The notes under the pieces are model-generated. The model did not search any database. It saw only the letters and a list, made by a program, of their open reading frames with translations, and was not told the DNA's origin. Shown piece after piece: positions 1 to 8,820 of a stretch of 29,572 nucleotides of DNA. The DNA is from a virus (taxonomy: Duplodnaviria; Caudoviricetes). Location: positions 1 through 29,572 of the IMG/VR virus record IMGVR_UViG_3300037560_000082; one strand, 5' to 3'. The position numbers and the translations under genes are program-made. Every line of letters starts with the position of its first letter. Position 1 is the stretch's first letter.

Positions 1-2
1 TC

Positions 3-1835
3 CAGTGGTGCATCCGTGTCTTCCGGCAGGATCTGATCGATGTCCGGTATCCGCATGGCCTCGAACATTCGTCGATGCGCGATCTTGCGCTGCTTCTTCG
101 GATACAGCTCCGGATCTGCGGTGATCAACTCCAGCACTGCCTGGTTCTGTGCAATGCGTTGAGTCGCTGACCAGATGTTCGGATCCGAGACCGGGATGAT
201 GTCTACGCGACCATCGAAGTCCGACTTCAGGATCGTGCGTTCCTCACCCTGGACCTCGTAGGGATACTCCTCCACGTCCATGAACTCGTAGTTCAACTGG
301 GACATCATCTTGAACTCTTGCCTGGCAGAGACGTGCATGCGCTTGTGGATGCCGCTGAATACCTTCGAGCCCTGCTCGATCAGCGCCAGGGTCGTGCCCA
401 CTGGTCCAGTGTTCTTGGCATCACCAACCATGTTCTCAGTGGTGGTGGCGAATCGCCTGCCCTCATCGACGAGCGTCTGTACCAGGTTAGCGAGTGCAGT
501 CGATGGCTCCTTGACCGGCAGGTTGAAGAATGCCTTCTCCAGCTCGTCGGCGGACATATCGACATCGATCCACTCGCCCGGTGTAAAACGTATCTCCCCA
601 GCAATCTTGGCTTCTTTGCTCTTGAAGCCACCTTGAAGGTTTGCCACTGCTGCACTGTCGAGTAGGGCACGGATGCCGCCACTGACAGCTTTCGCTAGTG
701 AGCCAATTATGTGTAGCAGGCCAAAGCCATAGAAACCAAGGCCAGGGAGATACTTGTAATGCGTGAACCAGATTCGCTTCTTCATCAGCGGATCGTCGTG
801 CTTCCAGTTCCGCCTGACTGCCATGACCTCGCGAGACTCGGCCTCGACCGTGACGACATACGGAGGCGCTATGTCTGAGTCTTCGTCCCAGGGCATGTGG
901 TAATCGATGTGGTACTCCAGCATCGTGTAGATCGTGTCGTCGTAATGCTGCTGAGGACTGCGATCGTCGGCCACGTCCTCCAGGTCGTACCTGGAGAAGC
1001 TGGTGTTCTTGTCTACCAGGATCTGCGGTGTCGGCAACAGCCTGGCATCTGCAATGAAAGATCCCGCCTCCTGGGCCCTGAATACATCATTCTCCGGCAT
1101 CTCATATTTGTGACAGTACCGAGGTGCGTTCGCCAAAGTTCGCGCATGATACGGAACGATGAAATCCTCAGCAGTAACAAATCTGCTCGTAGTCATGCCG
1201 GTAATGGGATCGATGTAGACCTTCTTGAATGCAGATCCTGAAAGGGGGAGATAAAACAGCATCTGATCCGTGGACCAGAAGTATTCCTCGTCGGCTTCAG
1301 TGAGCTGATAGTTCATGTAGTCTTCGAGACGTTTCCCCTGCGCCACCTTTTCGTCGGTCGCCTCACCCATGATGTAAGCCTTGACCGGGCCCTGGGGCGG
1401 GAAGAATTCCTCAATCGCTCGTGCCTGGAACTGCGTCACAGCTTCAGCGATGAGTGGATGCTGCACGGTGGCCGCACCCTTGAACGGTACATCTGAGGCT
1501 GGCTCGTCGGTCAAGCCCATCAGCCTGAGCCCATCGGTCAGCCGCTCGAAATGCTCCTCGCGAACCTGCTCATCGATCTCGTAGTATTCGATCAGCTCGT
1601 CCGCGATTGCGATTCGTTCCTGGGGAGACAGCTCCTCTGCCAGGTTGTCGTTCCAACCCTCCGGTGTCTCCTCATCGTGATCAACGTCAGCGTACTCAGC
1701 GATCTCACCCTTCGGAACAATCGAGATCGTGCCATCTTCGTTATGCGTGATGATGTTCTTCGCGGTGACCTGCTCAGTCTCCGTGAAGGTCGGCATCGGC
1801 TTCATGGTCGATAAAAGATCCGCTCTGGCTGCCAT
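3..1835 (-). CDS. Phage portal protein (partial, runs off the left edge; absent from the ORF track)
   Basis: Manual translation from ATG 1835 gives MAARADLLSTMKPMPTF...NDNLAEEL...PFKGAATVQHPLIAEAVTQFQARAIEEFFPPQGPVK. The frame is still open at position 3 (...AMRIPDIDQILPEDTDAPL). Motifs match podophage-type portals as I recall them, and the gene lies downstream of terL. Confidence 0.85.
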   Translation of the reverse strand, partial: MAARADLLSTMKPMPTFTETEQVTAKNIITHNEDGTISIVPKGEIAEYADVDHDEETPEGWNDNLAEELSPQERIAIADELIEYYEIDEQVREEHFERLTDGLRLMGLTDEPASDVPFKGAATVQHPLIAEAVTQFQARAIEEFFPPQGPVKAYIMGEATDEKVAQGKRLEDYMNYQLTEADEEYFWSTDQMLFYLPLSGSAFKKVYIDPITGMTTSRFVTAEDFIVPYHARTLANAPRYCHKYEMPENDVFRAQEAGSFIADARLLPTPQILVDKNTSFSRYDLEDVADDRSPQQHYDDTIYTMLEYHIDYHMPWDEDSDIAPPYVVTVEAESREVMAVRRNWKHDDPLMKKRIWFTHYKYLPGLGFYGFGLLHIIGSLAKAVSGGIRALLDSAAVANLQGGFKSKEAKIAGEIRFTPGEWIDVDMSADELEKAFFNLPVKEPSTALANLVQTLVDEGRRFATTTENMVGDAKNTGPVGTTLALIEQGSKVFSGIHKRMHVSARQEFKMMSQLNYEFMDVEEYPYEVQGEERTILKSDFDGRVDIIPVSDPNIWSATQRIAQNQAVLELITADPELYPKKQRKIAHRRMFEAMRIPDIDQILPEDTDAPL

Positions 1836-1862
1836 GGTTAATTACTCAAGTTGTGTATTGCT

Positions 1863-2837
1863 TTAGGGCGCTTCATACAGATCGAACTCCATAAAAGCAG
1901 AGTTGAAGTTATCAAGGTCGTGCCATGTGAGGTACAGCTTAAATCCGCCTACCGGGTTCTCCCATACGGCAAGCGAGAGATTCGATGATACCTGTGAGAA
2001 AAATGCTGGAGTGACCGTCAGTGATTTTCCGCTGTCAACAGCAGTCGTCACATCGTATGCGACACTCAAATCGAACTGGGCAATGCTCAGGGTGCCGAGA
2101 TTATCACCCAGAACAAACAGTTTACTTCCATCAGGTGTGTAGGCGATCCCGTACATGAAGGTCGCAAACTTGCTGGTCAAATCTAATACTGCACCTTGAG
2201 CCACGGCTGTACTGGCATCTCCCGCTACGCTCATCTGAAAATGGTAAATCCTCCGATCGGCAATGTCGTAAGACGCCACGTAGAGGTCCAGATCGTTAGC
2301 TGCCGCAACGAAATCACGAGGAGTGAGAGGACTCACGAGGCCGGTCCCAAGCACTGTATTTGTTAGTGCGTATGGATTTAGAGCAGGGTCACCGAGAGCC
2401 ACAGCAGAGAACGGATCAGCAGATACAAAAGAGTCGCCTGAACCACTAGCCCTCCGCATCTTGTAAGCCTTAGTACGAGCCGGATTTAATGCAATGCTCC
2501 GCATGTTTTGAGTGTTAATAGCCCAGTTCTGGGCTCCTTCAAAATTCCCTGTCAGCGTCGAGAGATCACCTGGCGTAGGCAGTTCATATTGGAATGACTG
2601 AAAGGATGATGCTCGTGCCCAATACACCCTGTCTCCAGAGAGACTGAAGGTCGGACTCAAGTGGTTGTTGGCAACAATCGTAAAAGGTACAGCGGCTGAT
2701 GTGAGACTGTAAGCGTCAATATCCGGGTCTCCGGCTGGCGCAGCCACAGCCCCCGCTGCTAATCCAGCGGCACCGAGACCGACACCAGCTTCAACCAGGC
2801 CGCTTTGCCCAAGTCCAAAAGGAAGTGCCAGGCCCAT
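1863..2837 (-). CDS. Putative virion or receptor-binding protein with beta-propeller-like repeats
   Basis: 324 aa with a Gly/Ala-rich N-terminus and blade-like repeats (GIAYTPDGSKLFVLG, IAQFDLSVAYDVTTA, YHFQMSVAGDASTA, FQYELPTPGDLSTL). Confidence 0.55.
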   Translation of the reverse strand: MGLALPFGLGQSGLVEAGVGLGAAGLAAGAVAAPAGDPDIDAYSLTSAAVPFTIVANNHLSPTFSLSGDRVYWARASSFQSFQYELPTPGDLSTLTGNFEGAQNWAINTQNMRSIALNPARTKAYKMRRASGSGDSFVSADPFSAVALGDPALNPYALTNTVLGTGLVSPLTPRDFVAAANDLDLYVASYDIADRRIYHFQMSVAGDASTAVAQGAVLDLTSKFATFMYGIAYTPDGSKLFVLGDNLGTLSIAQFDLSVAYDVTTAVDSGKSLTVTPAFFSQVSSNLSLAVWENPVGGFKLYLTWHDLDNFNSAFMEFDLYEAP

Positions 2838-3763
2838 TAGCTGAATCCAATCGTAAGTTGCAGCAATGCCCAGTCACCGAATTGGTTATTCCCGCCTGTT
2901 GGAGCAACACGAGTCAACTCAAATTGAGTAGTTTCCCCCGCTGTAATACCAAGACTCGCTAACGTAACTGACTCCGAATCCTTCACAAAGTTGGTGTTGT
3001 TCGGTAATGCAATATCCGTCAACTGATCCCCGGCAGACCACGATTGAACCGGCGAACCGTCCGGAATGCCACGATTATAGATATTTACCCCTACGTTATT
3101 TGGAGTCGGTTGCGGCGAAATAGCCCTCGACAAAAAACCAAAGACGATGTTCGTCGCGCCTGCCGGAACTTCCAGCATAAACCCAACACCTTCCTCGCTG
3201 GCGCTATCGAATCGTCGAACCGTGAGTGCGGCATTGATGACATCGCCAACCGCAGGAGCCACGGCATTAACAGCCCAGTCAGCATTATTCGGATCATCCA
3301 ACTGCAATGGCTCGAACTGGAACGATGGGAATGAAATTGATGGAGTCGGTGATGGATCACCAGTCGCGACGATACCAACTTCACTGTTCTGAGAAGGCTT
3401 GTCTCCCTGCTGCTCGACAATATCGATTCCGAAACTGCGATAGACACCGTTGTCAGTGTTCGAGGAGATCTGGACCAGGATGAAGTTCTCTGAGGCCGAT
3501 CGATCCTGGATGTACAGGAATGAACCGACACCCAACTGCTCCAGGAAGTTCGCCATGTCGGTGCCATCTGCATTGGTCTCATGCAGGAATAGCACGGTGG
3601 CTGATTCTATATCGGAGTTGTTAAACCTGAGCTGGCCGCTCGCTGGAGGTGCTGATGTCTCAGTTCTGAAGCGCCAGATGCCCAGACCACTGACTGCGGA
3701 GCCACCGGCACCACCACCAGATTGACTGGTTAGTCCTTCGAGACCTCCGCCACCTAATCCCAT
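2837..3763 (-). CDS. Putative tail fibre or receptor-binding protein, two domains
   Basis: 308 aa. Gly-rich start, then PASGQLRFNNSDIESATVLFLHET (a tail-fibre-type motif), a PSPTPS linker and a beta-rich C-terminal domain. Confidence 0.55.
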   Translation of the reverse strand: MGLGGGGLEGLTSQSGGGAGGSAVSGLGIWRFRTETSAPPASGQLRFNNSDIESATVLFLHETNADGTDMANFLEQLGVGSFLYIQDRSASENFILVQISSNTDNGVYRSFGIDIVEQQGDKPSQNSEVGIVATGDPSPTPSISFPSFQFEPLQLDDPNNADWAVNAVAPAVGDVINAALTVRRFDSASEEGVGFMLEVPAGATNIVFGFLSRAISPQPTPNNVGVNIYNRGIPDGSPVQSWSAGDQLTDIALPNNTNFVKDSESVTLASLGITAGETTQFELTRVAPTGGNNQFGDWALLQLTIGFS

Positions 3764-3826
3764 AGCTGTGCCCTATGCTTCGTTGGCGGCGAAGTTGCTG
3801 GATTCTATCCGGTCCCTATCGTGCTG

Positions 3827-3973
3827 TCACTTCTTCCTGTTCGCTCGACGTGATTGCTTCGCCACCTTGCCTCGACGACGACGCTGGCTCTTATTGTTCT
3901 CAAGCCACTTGGCATTGATGCTGCCACCAGATCTGAGCTGGTTGCGTGACTTGTTACTGCCCTGCTTAGCCAC
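3827..3973 (-). CDS. Small highly basic protein (48 aa)
   Basis: Manual translation: MAKQGSNKSRNQLRSGGSINAKWLENNKSQRRRRGKVAKQSRRANRKK. GTG start with GGAG upstream, overlapping the end of the previous ORF. Confidence 0.6.
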   Translation of the reverse strand: MAKQGSNKSRNQLRSGGSINAKWLENNKSQRRRRGKVAKQSRRANRKK

Positions 3974-4109
3974 TGCGCTTACTCCGGATCCAGGCAATAC
4001 CGGCCTTGCAAGATTTCACAACCGCTGCTCCGACCGTGGCCAACCCTGGGTAGAAATGCACCAGCACCAGGGCGAAGACAAAGCCCAGAATGAAAATAAG
4101 AATCTCCAT
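3966..4109 (-). CDS. Small membrane protein (47 aa)
   Basis: Manual translation: MEILIFILGFVFALVLVHFYPGLATVGAAVVKSCKAGIAWIRSKRSG. Strong SD AAGGAGG 4 nt before the ATG. Confidence 0.7.
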   Translation of the reverse strand: MEILIFILGFVFALVLVHFYPGLATVGAAVVKSCKAGIAWIRSKRSG

Positions 4110-4141
4110 GGTTCCTCCTTGGGCGGCGAGCGAAGTCTACC

Positions 4142-4414
4142 TCAATCGTCGTGATACTGCCCAAAGTAGCGGTGATTGATGAAGCTGCTCGACCACCGTT
4201 GCAACCACAAAACCTGCTGCCTCGTCATGTCTGACCAGGTTGCCCACAGATACTGACCATTCTGGGCATCGTCTTCGTCCATTGCATCAGCACAGACCAC
4301 GATCACATGCTTGATCTTGCCGCGCTCTGCATCTGCCAAGCAGTCCCGCAGTATTCGCACTGCATCGAACTTGCCAGCCTCCAGCTCGTGGACATTCTTG
4401 ACGCTACGCTCCAT
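4142..4414 (-). CDS. Hypothetical protein
   Basis: 90 aa, overlaps the end of terL and is co-oriented with it. Confidence 0.65.
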   Translation of the reverse strand: MERSVKNVHELEAGKFDAVRILRDCLADAERGKIKHVIVVCADAMDEDDAQNGQYLWATWSDMTRQQVLWLQRWSSSFINHRYFGQYHDD

Positions 4415-5996
4415 AGAACTTCCTCGGTTGGCTGAACAGTTTCATCTCGTCCATCTTCTCGTCGTCGTCGAGTTCCATCAGGCCCAGGCGACGGATGTAT
4501 CCAAGCAACATCACGATGCAATCCACCAAGTCATCATTCTCACCGACCGGGAAGGTCGCGCACTGATTGATCACCTCGTAGGCCCAGTTCCTGGGGATGT
4601 ACCACAGCCGACCTTCCTTCAGCACCTGGGCAACCATGTGCGCTCTGAATACTTTGTCCTTGGTGCCTGGATTCACTCCCCAGATAGAAACGCCAGCTCG
4701 ACGCAGCTCCTGGATCAGTGAGTGACCGCTGGCCTTCCTCTCGATCAGCGTTCGGTCAGGGCTCCACTGAACATTGTGGGCTATCGCCTCGGTCTTGAGA
4801 TCAGGGAACTCCACTCGATCGTTGAACCGCTCCAGCAGCAACGCATGAACCTCGGTATCGATCTCCCGGCCTGACGGTGAATACTCGAACAGCCCAGCAG
4901 TGATCCTGGCAGAGCAGTCGTTCTCCTCATCCTCCTCGAATGCCGTGTCATAGAACGAGATGACCTCGATAAACTCTGGGTGTGGCATCGGCTTGCCAGC
5001 TTCCGGATGATCCTCTGGGAAGCACCACTGCTGCCACCACTTCTTCTTCAGGATCAGGCCACCACCGGATGTCGGATCCTGGTTGAACTGGGCGCTGTAG
5101 TCCCTCACGGACATTGCCTTGGTCTCGGCCTTCCTCTCCTCCTCACCAAAGCGTTGCGGATTCAGCAGCTCGCCTTTCTTCTCCCTGGGATCCTCGAACA
5201 ACGGGCCCTTCTTGGTCTGATGGCCCCTGCCCTTGTTGAAGAACGTGATGCACTTCCTGGCTGGATCGAACTCCATCGGCAGCATCAGCACTTCCCATCG
5301 CTCGTCTTCGCTGGCCAGGATGTGACCGAACAGATCAGCGTCGTGCGACCGCTGGCCGATCAGCACCTTCTGGCCTGTGGTTGGGTCGTTAAGGCGTGAT
5401 CTCAGGCTATTGTCCCAGGTCGAAAGGGTGTTGTACCGGATCGTGTCCGAGTACACGTCTTTCATGTTGTGCGGGTCGTCGATGCAGATCTTGTCGCCAC
5501 CTTCACCTGTCGCCTTACCCAGGATCGAGCCGGAGATGCGATGACCACCATGGTTGTTGACGTAGCGATTCTTCCTGTTGTCCGCTGGATCCAGGTAGAA
5601 GGCACCTGAATACCGCTGCTTGAACCAGGCTGACTCGATCAGCCGACGAGACTTTACTGCATCTCGGATAGCAAGTTCCTGAGCATAGGAAGCAAACAAG
5701 AATTGCACCCCAGGATCCAGCAGCCACTCCCATACCGGCCACAGCACACTCGCAGTCAGGCTCTTGGTCTGCCTGGGCGGGATGTTGATCATGAGATTGC
5801 GAATGTCACCGAACGTGACATAGGCGAGGTGGTCGCAGATGGCGTCTAAGTGCCAGTTGGTCTTGAACGGTTTAGGTTCAACGATCGACCAAGCAGCCGC
5901 TACAAATTCTCTCAGATCTCTCCGATAGAACTCAGCTTGGGCTTGAGTTTTGTACTCGGCTACTGCTTCCTGGACTGATAAAGGGTCTGCGACCAC
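4404..5996 (-). CDS. terL: Terminase large subunit
   Basis: ATPase motifs NWHLDAI, INIPPRQTKS (Walker A), ICIDDPH (Walker B) and IGQRSHDADL. RNase H-like nuclease motifs FYDTAF, IERKASG and DDLVD. Confidence 0.95.
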   Translation of the reverse strand: MVADPLSVQEAVAEYKTQAQAEFYRRDLREFVAAAWSIVEPKPFKTNWHLDAICDHLAYVTFGDIRNLMINIPPRQTKSLTASVLWPVWEWLLDPGVQFLFASYAQELAIRDAVKSRRLIESAWFKQRYSGAFYLDPADNRKNRYVNNHGGHRISGSILGKATGEGGDKICIDDPHNMKDVYSDTIRYNTLSTWDNSLRSRLNDPTTGQKVLIGQRSHDADLFGHILASEDERWEVLMLPMEFDPARKCITFFNKGRGHQTKKGPLFEDPREKKGELLNPQRFGEEERKAETKAMSVRDYSAQFNQDPTSGGGLILKKKWWQQWCFPEDHPEAGKPMPHPEFIEVISFYDTAFEEDEENDCSARITAGLFEYSPSGREIDTEVHALLLERFNDRVEFPDLKTEAIAHNVQWSPDRTLIERKASGHSLIQELRRAGVSIWGVNPGTKDKVFRAHMVAQVLKEGRLWYIPRNWAYEVINQCATFPVGENDDLVDCIVMLLGYIRRLGLMELDDDEKMDEMKLFSQPRKFYGA

Positions 5997-5997
5997 C

Positions 5998-6378
5998 TCA
6001 TAGATTTCCGTCGCTGAGGCCCTTGTACTGCTTCAGCATTGCTCCCCAGGGCCAGCGCACCTGGAGAATCAGGCCAGTCTGACCATTGTCGAGCGGGGCG
6101 AGCCGCCCTGATGTCTTGAGTTCTTCGCCGGTATGGGTGTGGCTGGTGAACCTCACCATGTTGTATTTGTTCCTGGGCCATTCGTGGAACACGATACCCA
6201 GGCAAGTGACTGGATCATCAGCGATGCCTTGCTGTCGTAGGAACACCCAGGTATGCGGACGCATATGCGGACGCATAAGCCGATGTATGACTTTCGGATT
6301 CCCTCCAGCGATGATGCGGCGAAGCATGAGCTTCACCCTGGCATCGTTGGCAATCTTTCGGGCCTCGCCGCTCATCAC
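5998..6378 (-). CDS. Hypothetical protein
   Basis: 126 aa, tightly packed upstream of terL. Contains MRPHMRPH from a 12-bp tandem repeat. Confidence 0.6.
   Translation of the reverse strand: MMSGEARKIANDARVKLMLRRIIAGGNPKVIHRLMRPHMRPHTWVFLRQQGIADDPVTCLGIVFHEWPRNKYNMVRFTSHTHTGEELKTSGRLAPLDNGQTGLILQVRWPWGAMLKQYKGLSDGNL
6253..6276. repeat. Tandem 12-bp repeat (ATGCGGACGCAT)x2
   Basis: Read directly. The unit is the exact reverse complement of 25168-25179 in the predicted origin. Confidence 0.85.
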
Positions 6379-6590
6379 ATATTGTGCTTGTTGCGATGAT
6401 GCGCTGGGCGCTCCTTCGACATATGAGGGTTTCCTGGCTTCTTGCCATGGGGATTGCCTGGCTTGTGCTTGGACCTGCCTGCCTTGCTCATCGCGATTGC
6501 GACAGCCTGTTTCTGCGGTCTGCCCGTTTGCACCAGCTCACTGATATTCGAGCTTACAGCCTTGTTACTGCTACCCTTTTTGAGTGGCAT
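6375..6590 (-). CDS. Small basic phage protein (MPLKKG...[11 protein letters not shown] type)
   Basis: N-terminal motif I recall as recurrent near phage packaging genes. KPGNPH is duplicated. SD GGAGG. Confidence 0.75.
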   Translation of the reverse strand: MPLKKGSSNKAVSSNISELVQTGRPQKQAVAIAMSKAGRSKHKPGNPHGKKPGNPHMSKERPAHHRNKHNM

Positions 6591-6619
6591 GCTTGCATCC
6601 TCCAGGCGGCGAAGGAAGT

Positions 6620-6889
6620 TTACGATTCGGTGTCGTCGATTACCGGGATAGTGCCTACGTCATCTTCGGTGATGTCCTGCTCCTCGGATTCAGCTTCTTC
6701 GGCTTCCGGATCCGGAGGATAGGCGACCGTAAGAGCCTCGTCCAGATGCTCCTCGCTACACGCATCAAGGACTTTCTCCGGACCATTATGAAACATCCAA
6801 TCCTCCGGACCAGTCCATCCATCAGGTGTTGGCCTGCCTGCTGCTTTCTTTACGCAGCCAGGTGCATCGCAGTAGTAAATCGTACTCAT
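6620..6889 (-). CDS. Small Cys-containing protein with acidic tail
   Basis: CDAPGC...ACSEEH. SD GGAGG. Confidence 0.7.
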   Translation of the reverse strand: MSTIYYCDAPGCVKKAAGRPTPDGWTGPEDWMFHNGPEKVLDACSEEHLDEALTVAYPPDPEAEEAESEEQDITEDDVGTIPVIDDTES

Positions 6890-6904
6890 CGTTCGCTCCT
6901 CCAG

Positions 6905-7006
6905 CTATCCGCTGGTCAGGAAGTATCCCACATAGAATAGCAGGCCAACAGCACCCAGGAAGCAAATGATCTCCAGGGCTTCAACCAGCTTCTTCTTCAA
7001 TTTCAT
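6905..7006 (-). CDS. Small membrane protein (33 aa)
   Basis: Manual translation: MKLKKKLVEALEIICFLGAVGLLFYVGYFLTSG. Fills the gap between neighbouring genes. Confidence 0.5.
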   Translation of the reverse strand: MKLKKKLVEALEIICFLGAVGLLFYVGYFLTSG

Positions 7007-7187
7007 CCTTCACCCATTGCACATCGTACCACTCGAACTTCGCCTCAGTGTAGGACCACTCCCAGCGTTGCAGGATGCGTAGCAGTCCCAGCTTGTCGTC
7101 CAATCGATTGACGAATCTCAGGTCTCCCTGGCTAGGCGCGAACTTGCCATGCACCGCACATTCTCGATCAGGATTCTCAGCCATCAT
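6981..7187 (-). CDS. Hypothetical protein
   Basis: 68 aa (LRFV...RILQRWEW...EWYDV), operon packing. Confidence 0.6.
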   Translation of the reverse strand: MMAENPDRECAVHGKFAPSQGDLRFVNRLDDKLGLLRILQRWEWSYTEAKFEWYDVQWVKDEIEEEAG

Positions 7188-7365
7188 CTCTCACCAGTTG
7201 TCGGGCGCTGTGCCACTGTTTCGGCGTCAGCTCGCCCCTTCGATTGAATTGAGCTACGAGGCTGTCTCGAAACTCAAGGTTGTAGGTCGTCGATGGCTTC
7301 AGCTCCGACAGCGCCAGGATGGTCTTCTGGTTTGCTGTCAGCATACGATCAACCTTCTCAGCCAT
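7177..7365 (-). CDS. Hypothetical protein
   Basis: 62 aa (FRDSLVAQFNRRGELTPKQW), operon packing. Confidence 0.65.
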   Translation of the reverse strand: MAEKVDRMLTANQKTILALSELKPSTTYNLEFRDSLVAQFNRRGELTPKQWHSARQLVRDDG

Positions 7366-7382
7366 AATGTTCTAACATCCTT

Positions 7383-7589
7383 CTAACTTGATTCGACCCA
7401 TTCCTTACAGTCACAGTCGCCTTCGAGACAGTCTGTTTCGCCATCTCCGTAAGAGTGCTGGGCACAACCATGACCGCAATTAACGCACATCTCCTCGCAC
7501 ATGCCAGGATCAGACCAGTGTCTGCAAAATGGACCAGAGTCCCACTCCTGTTCTAGCTCACCCACGTTGAAACGCATCCCAGTCATCAC
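7383..7589 (-). CDS. Small Cys/His-rich protein
   Basis: CRHW...CEEMCVNCGHGCAQH...CLEGDCDCKEW. Start codon uncertain. Confidence 0.6.
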   Translation of the reverse strand: MMTGMRFNVGELEQEWDSGPFCRHWSDPGMCEEMCVNCGHGCAQHSYGDGETDCLEGDCDCKEWVESS

Positions 7590-7815
7590 GTCGCACGATG
7601 ATCGAGTGCCTGCCTAGCTGGAAAACCTGCCCTCTCGCCTGGATCTCGACCCAGTGCTGGCCAAAGCGTTTGAGCCATTTCTTCTGTATGCGATGGTGGT
7701 AGCTGTGCTTGCCCTGGTTGGCATTCCTGCTGTGAACTCGTGTCGGACGCAATGATCCACCGTCAGTCAAAAAGACTGTCAAGCCCTGGTACATCAGCGG
7801 TGGTAATGGATTCAC
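7558..7815 (-). CDS. Hypothetical protein (RIQKKWLKRFG motif)
   Basis: Probable GTG start at 7815, overlapping the upstream TGA. Confidence 0.6.
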   Translation of the reverse strand: MNPLPPLMYQGLTVFLTDGGSLRPTRVHSRNANQGKHSYHHRIQKKWLKRFGQHWVEIQARGQVFQLGRHSIIVRRDDWDAFQRG

Positions 7816-7949
7816 TTCCTTCCCTTCCAGGTCACCCAGATCCAATACACGCTCAGGCACCTGGGGCACTGATCACGCTCTCGATACATCCCTGGCCGGT
7901 CGTACCATTTTTGATGACAACGACAGCACTCCATCAGCCCTGGTCTCAC
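7812..7949 (-). CDS. Small zinc-ribbon protein (45 aa)
   Basis: Manual translation: MRPGLMECCRCHQKWYDRPGMYRERDQCPRCLSVYWIWVTWKGRK. GTGA overlaps at both ends. Confidence 0.6.
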   Translation of the reverse strand: MRPGLMECCRCHQKWYDRPGMYRERDQCPRCLSVYWIWVTWKGRK

Positions 7950-8113
7950 TCTCTCCAGCCAAGCGGTTCAGATCCATCGTTCCATTCGTTCCGCAGCTCT
8001 GCCTCTCCACAGATGGTGCATCGAACTCCTCGTGTGACTGTCCCGCGAAATACTGTCTTCCAATCGTGCGGACAACAGAACATCGATCGTAGCCACTCCA
8101 GGAAACTAGCCAT
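7946..8113 (-). CDS. Small zinc-binding protein
   Basis: MASFLEWLRSMFCCPHDWK...RCTICG. ATG at 8113 with GGAG upstream. Confidence 0.6.
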   Translation of the reverse strand: MASFLEWLRSMFCCPHDWKTVFRGTVTRGVRCTICGEAELRNEWNDGSEPLGWRE

Positions 8114-8315
8114 CGGTACTCCGGGGCGCGACTCCCGAATCCTCACCTCCATGCGCTTCACAAGTTGGCTTCTCAGTCATCAGGTGCGACCACTTCAGGA
8201 AATCCATCAGCGTTGTATTTGAAATCAGTCGCTTGGTCTCCACGAAATAACAGGCCAGCAGCTCATCGAGGGCCTGGTGCAGCTCCTCGTGGCGCTTCTT
8301 CAGATCTACCGTCAC
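8106..8315 (-). CDS. Hypothetical protein
   Basis: GTG start overlapping the upstream TGA. KKRHEELHQALDELLACY. Confidence 0.6.
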   Translation of the reverse strand: MTVDLKKRHEELHQALDELLACYFVETKRLISNTTLMDFLKWSHLMTEKPTCEAHGGEDSGVAPRSTDG

Positions 8316-8572
8316 GCCACTCTCGTTGGCCAGGGAATCTTGACCCAGAGACTCTGGCTCTCCCATGCACCATCGTCAGTGCCATCCTCGATCTTGGCAT
8401 CGACGTTCAGCAGCAGCTCCACATGCTCAGGGTATTTGACCTTCACCATCGGTGGATCCACACCGGCAGGCGGCTCGACTATGGTGAGCTTCTTGTCCGC
8501 CACTCGATCAATGCCGATCTCAATATGCTCCATCACGTCTACAATGAAGTCCGGTATCTCTTTAGCAAACAT
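8312..8572 (-). CDS. Hypothetical protein
   Basis: ATG at 8572 after GAGGAG. MFAKEIPDF... Confidence 0.6.
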   Translation of the reverse strand: MFAKEIPDFIVDVMEHIEIGIDRVADKKLTIVEPPAGVDPPMVKVKYPEHVELLLNVDAKIEDGTDDGAWESQSLWVKIPWPTRVA

Positions 8573-8582
8573 CAGGATCTCC

Positions 8583-8810
8583 TCATGCGCGTCGTCGCTT
8601 CTTGACCTGGATGGTTCGCATGCTACCAAGACTGATCGACATTCTGGCCTGGAAGCTATCGAGGGCCCTGGCTCGCCTCATCTTCTGGGTCGTGGTCTTC
8701 TTATTCCAGTAGATCAAAGCTACATCACAGGTCGCACAAACTCCCTCGTTTGAGATCTTATGAGTTTTCTCTGTGCGGGGGCACAGGCTACATCTTTTCA
8801 ATCTTCTCAT
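8583..8810 (-). CDS. Basic zinc-finger-like protein
   Basis: CSLC...CATC. SD GGAG. Confidence 0.65.
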   Translation of the reverse strand: MRRLKRCSLCPRTEKTHKISNEGVCATCDVALIYWNKKTTTQKMRRARALDSFQARMSISLGSMRTIQVKKRRRA

Positions 8811-8820
8811 GGTCTTACTC

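Noticed and set aside
310-1814. Several short ORFs listed in the track
   Set aside because: They lie within the portal gene, which the track missed because it lacks a stop in the window.
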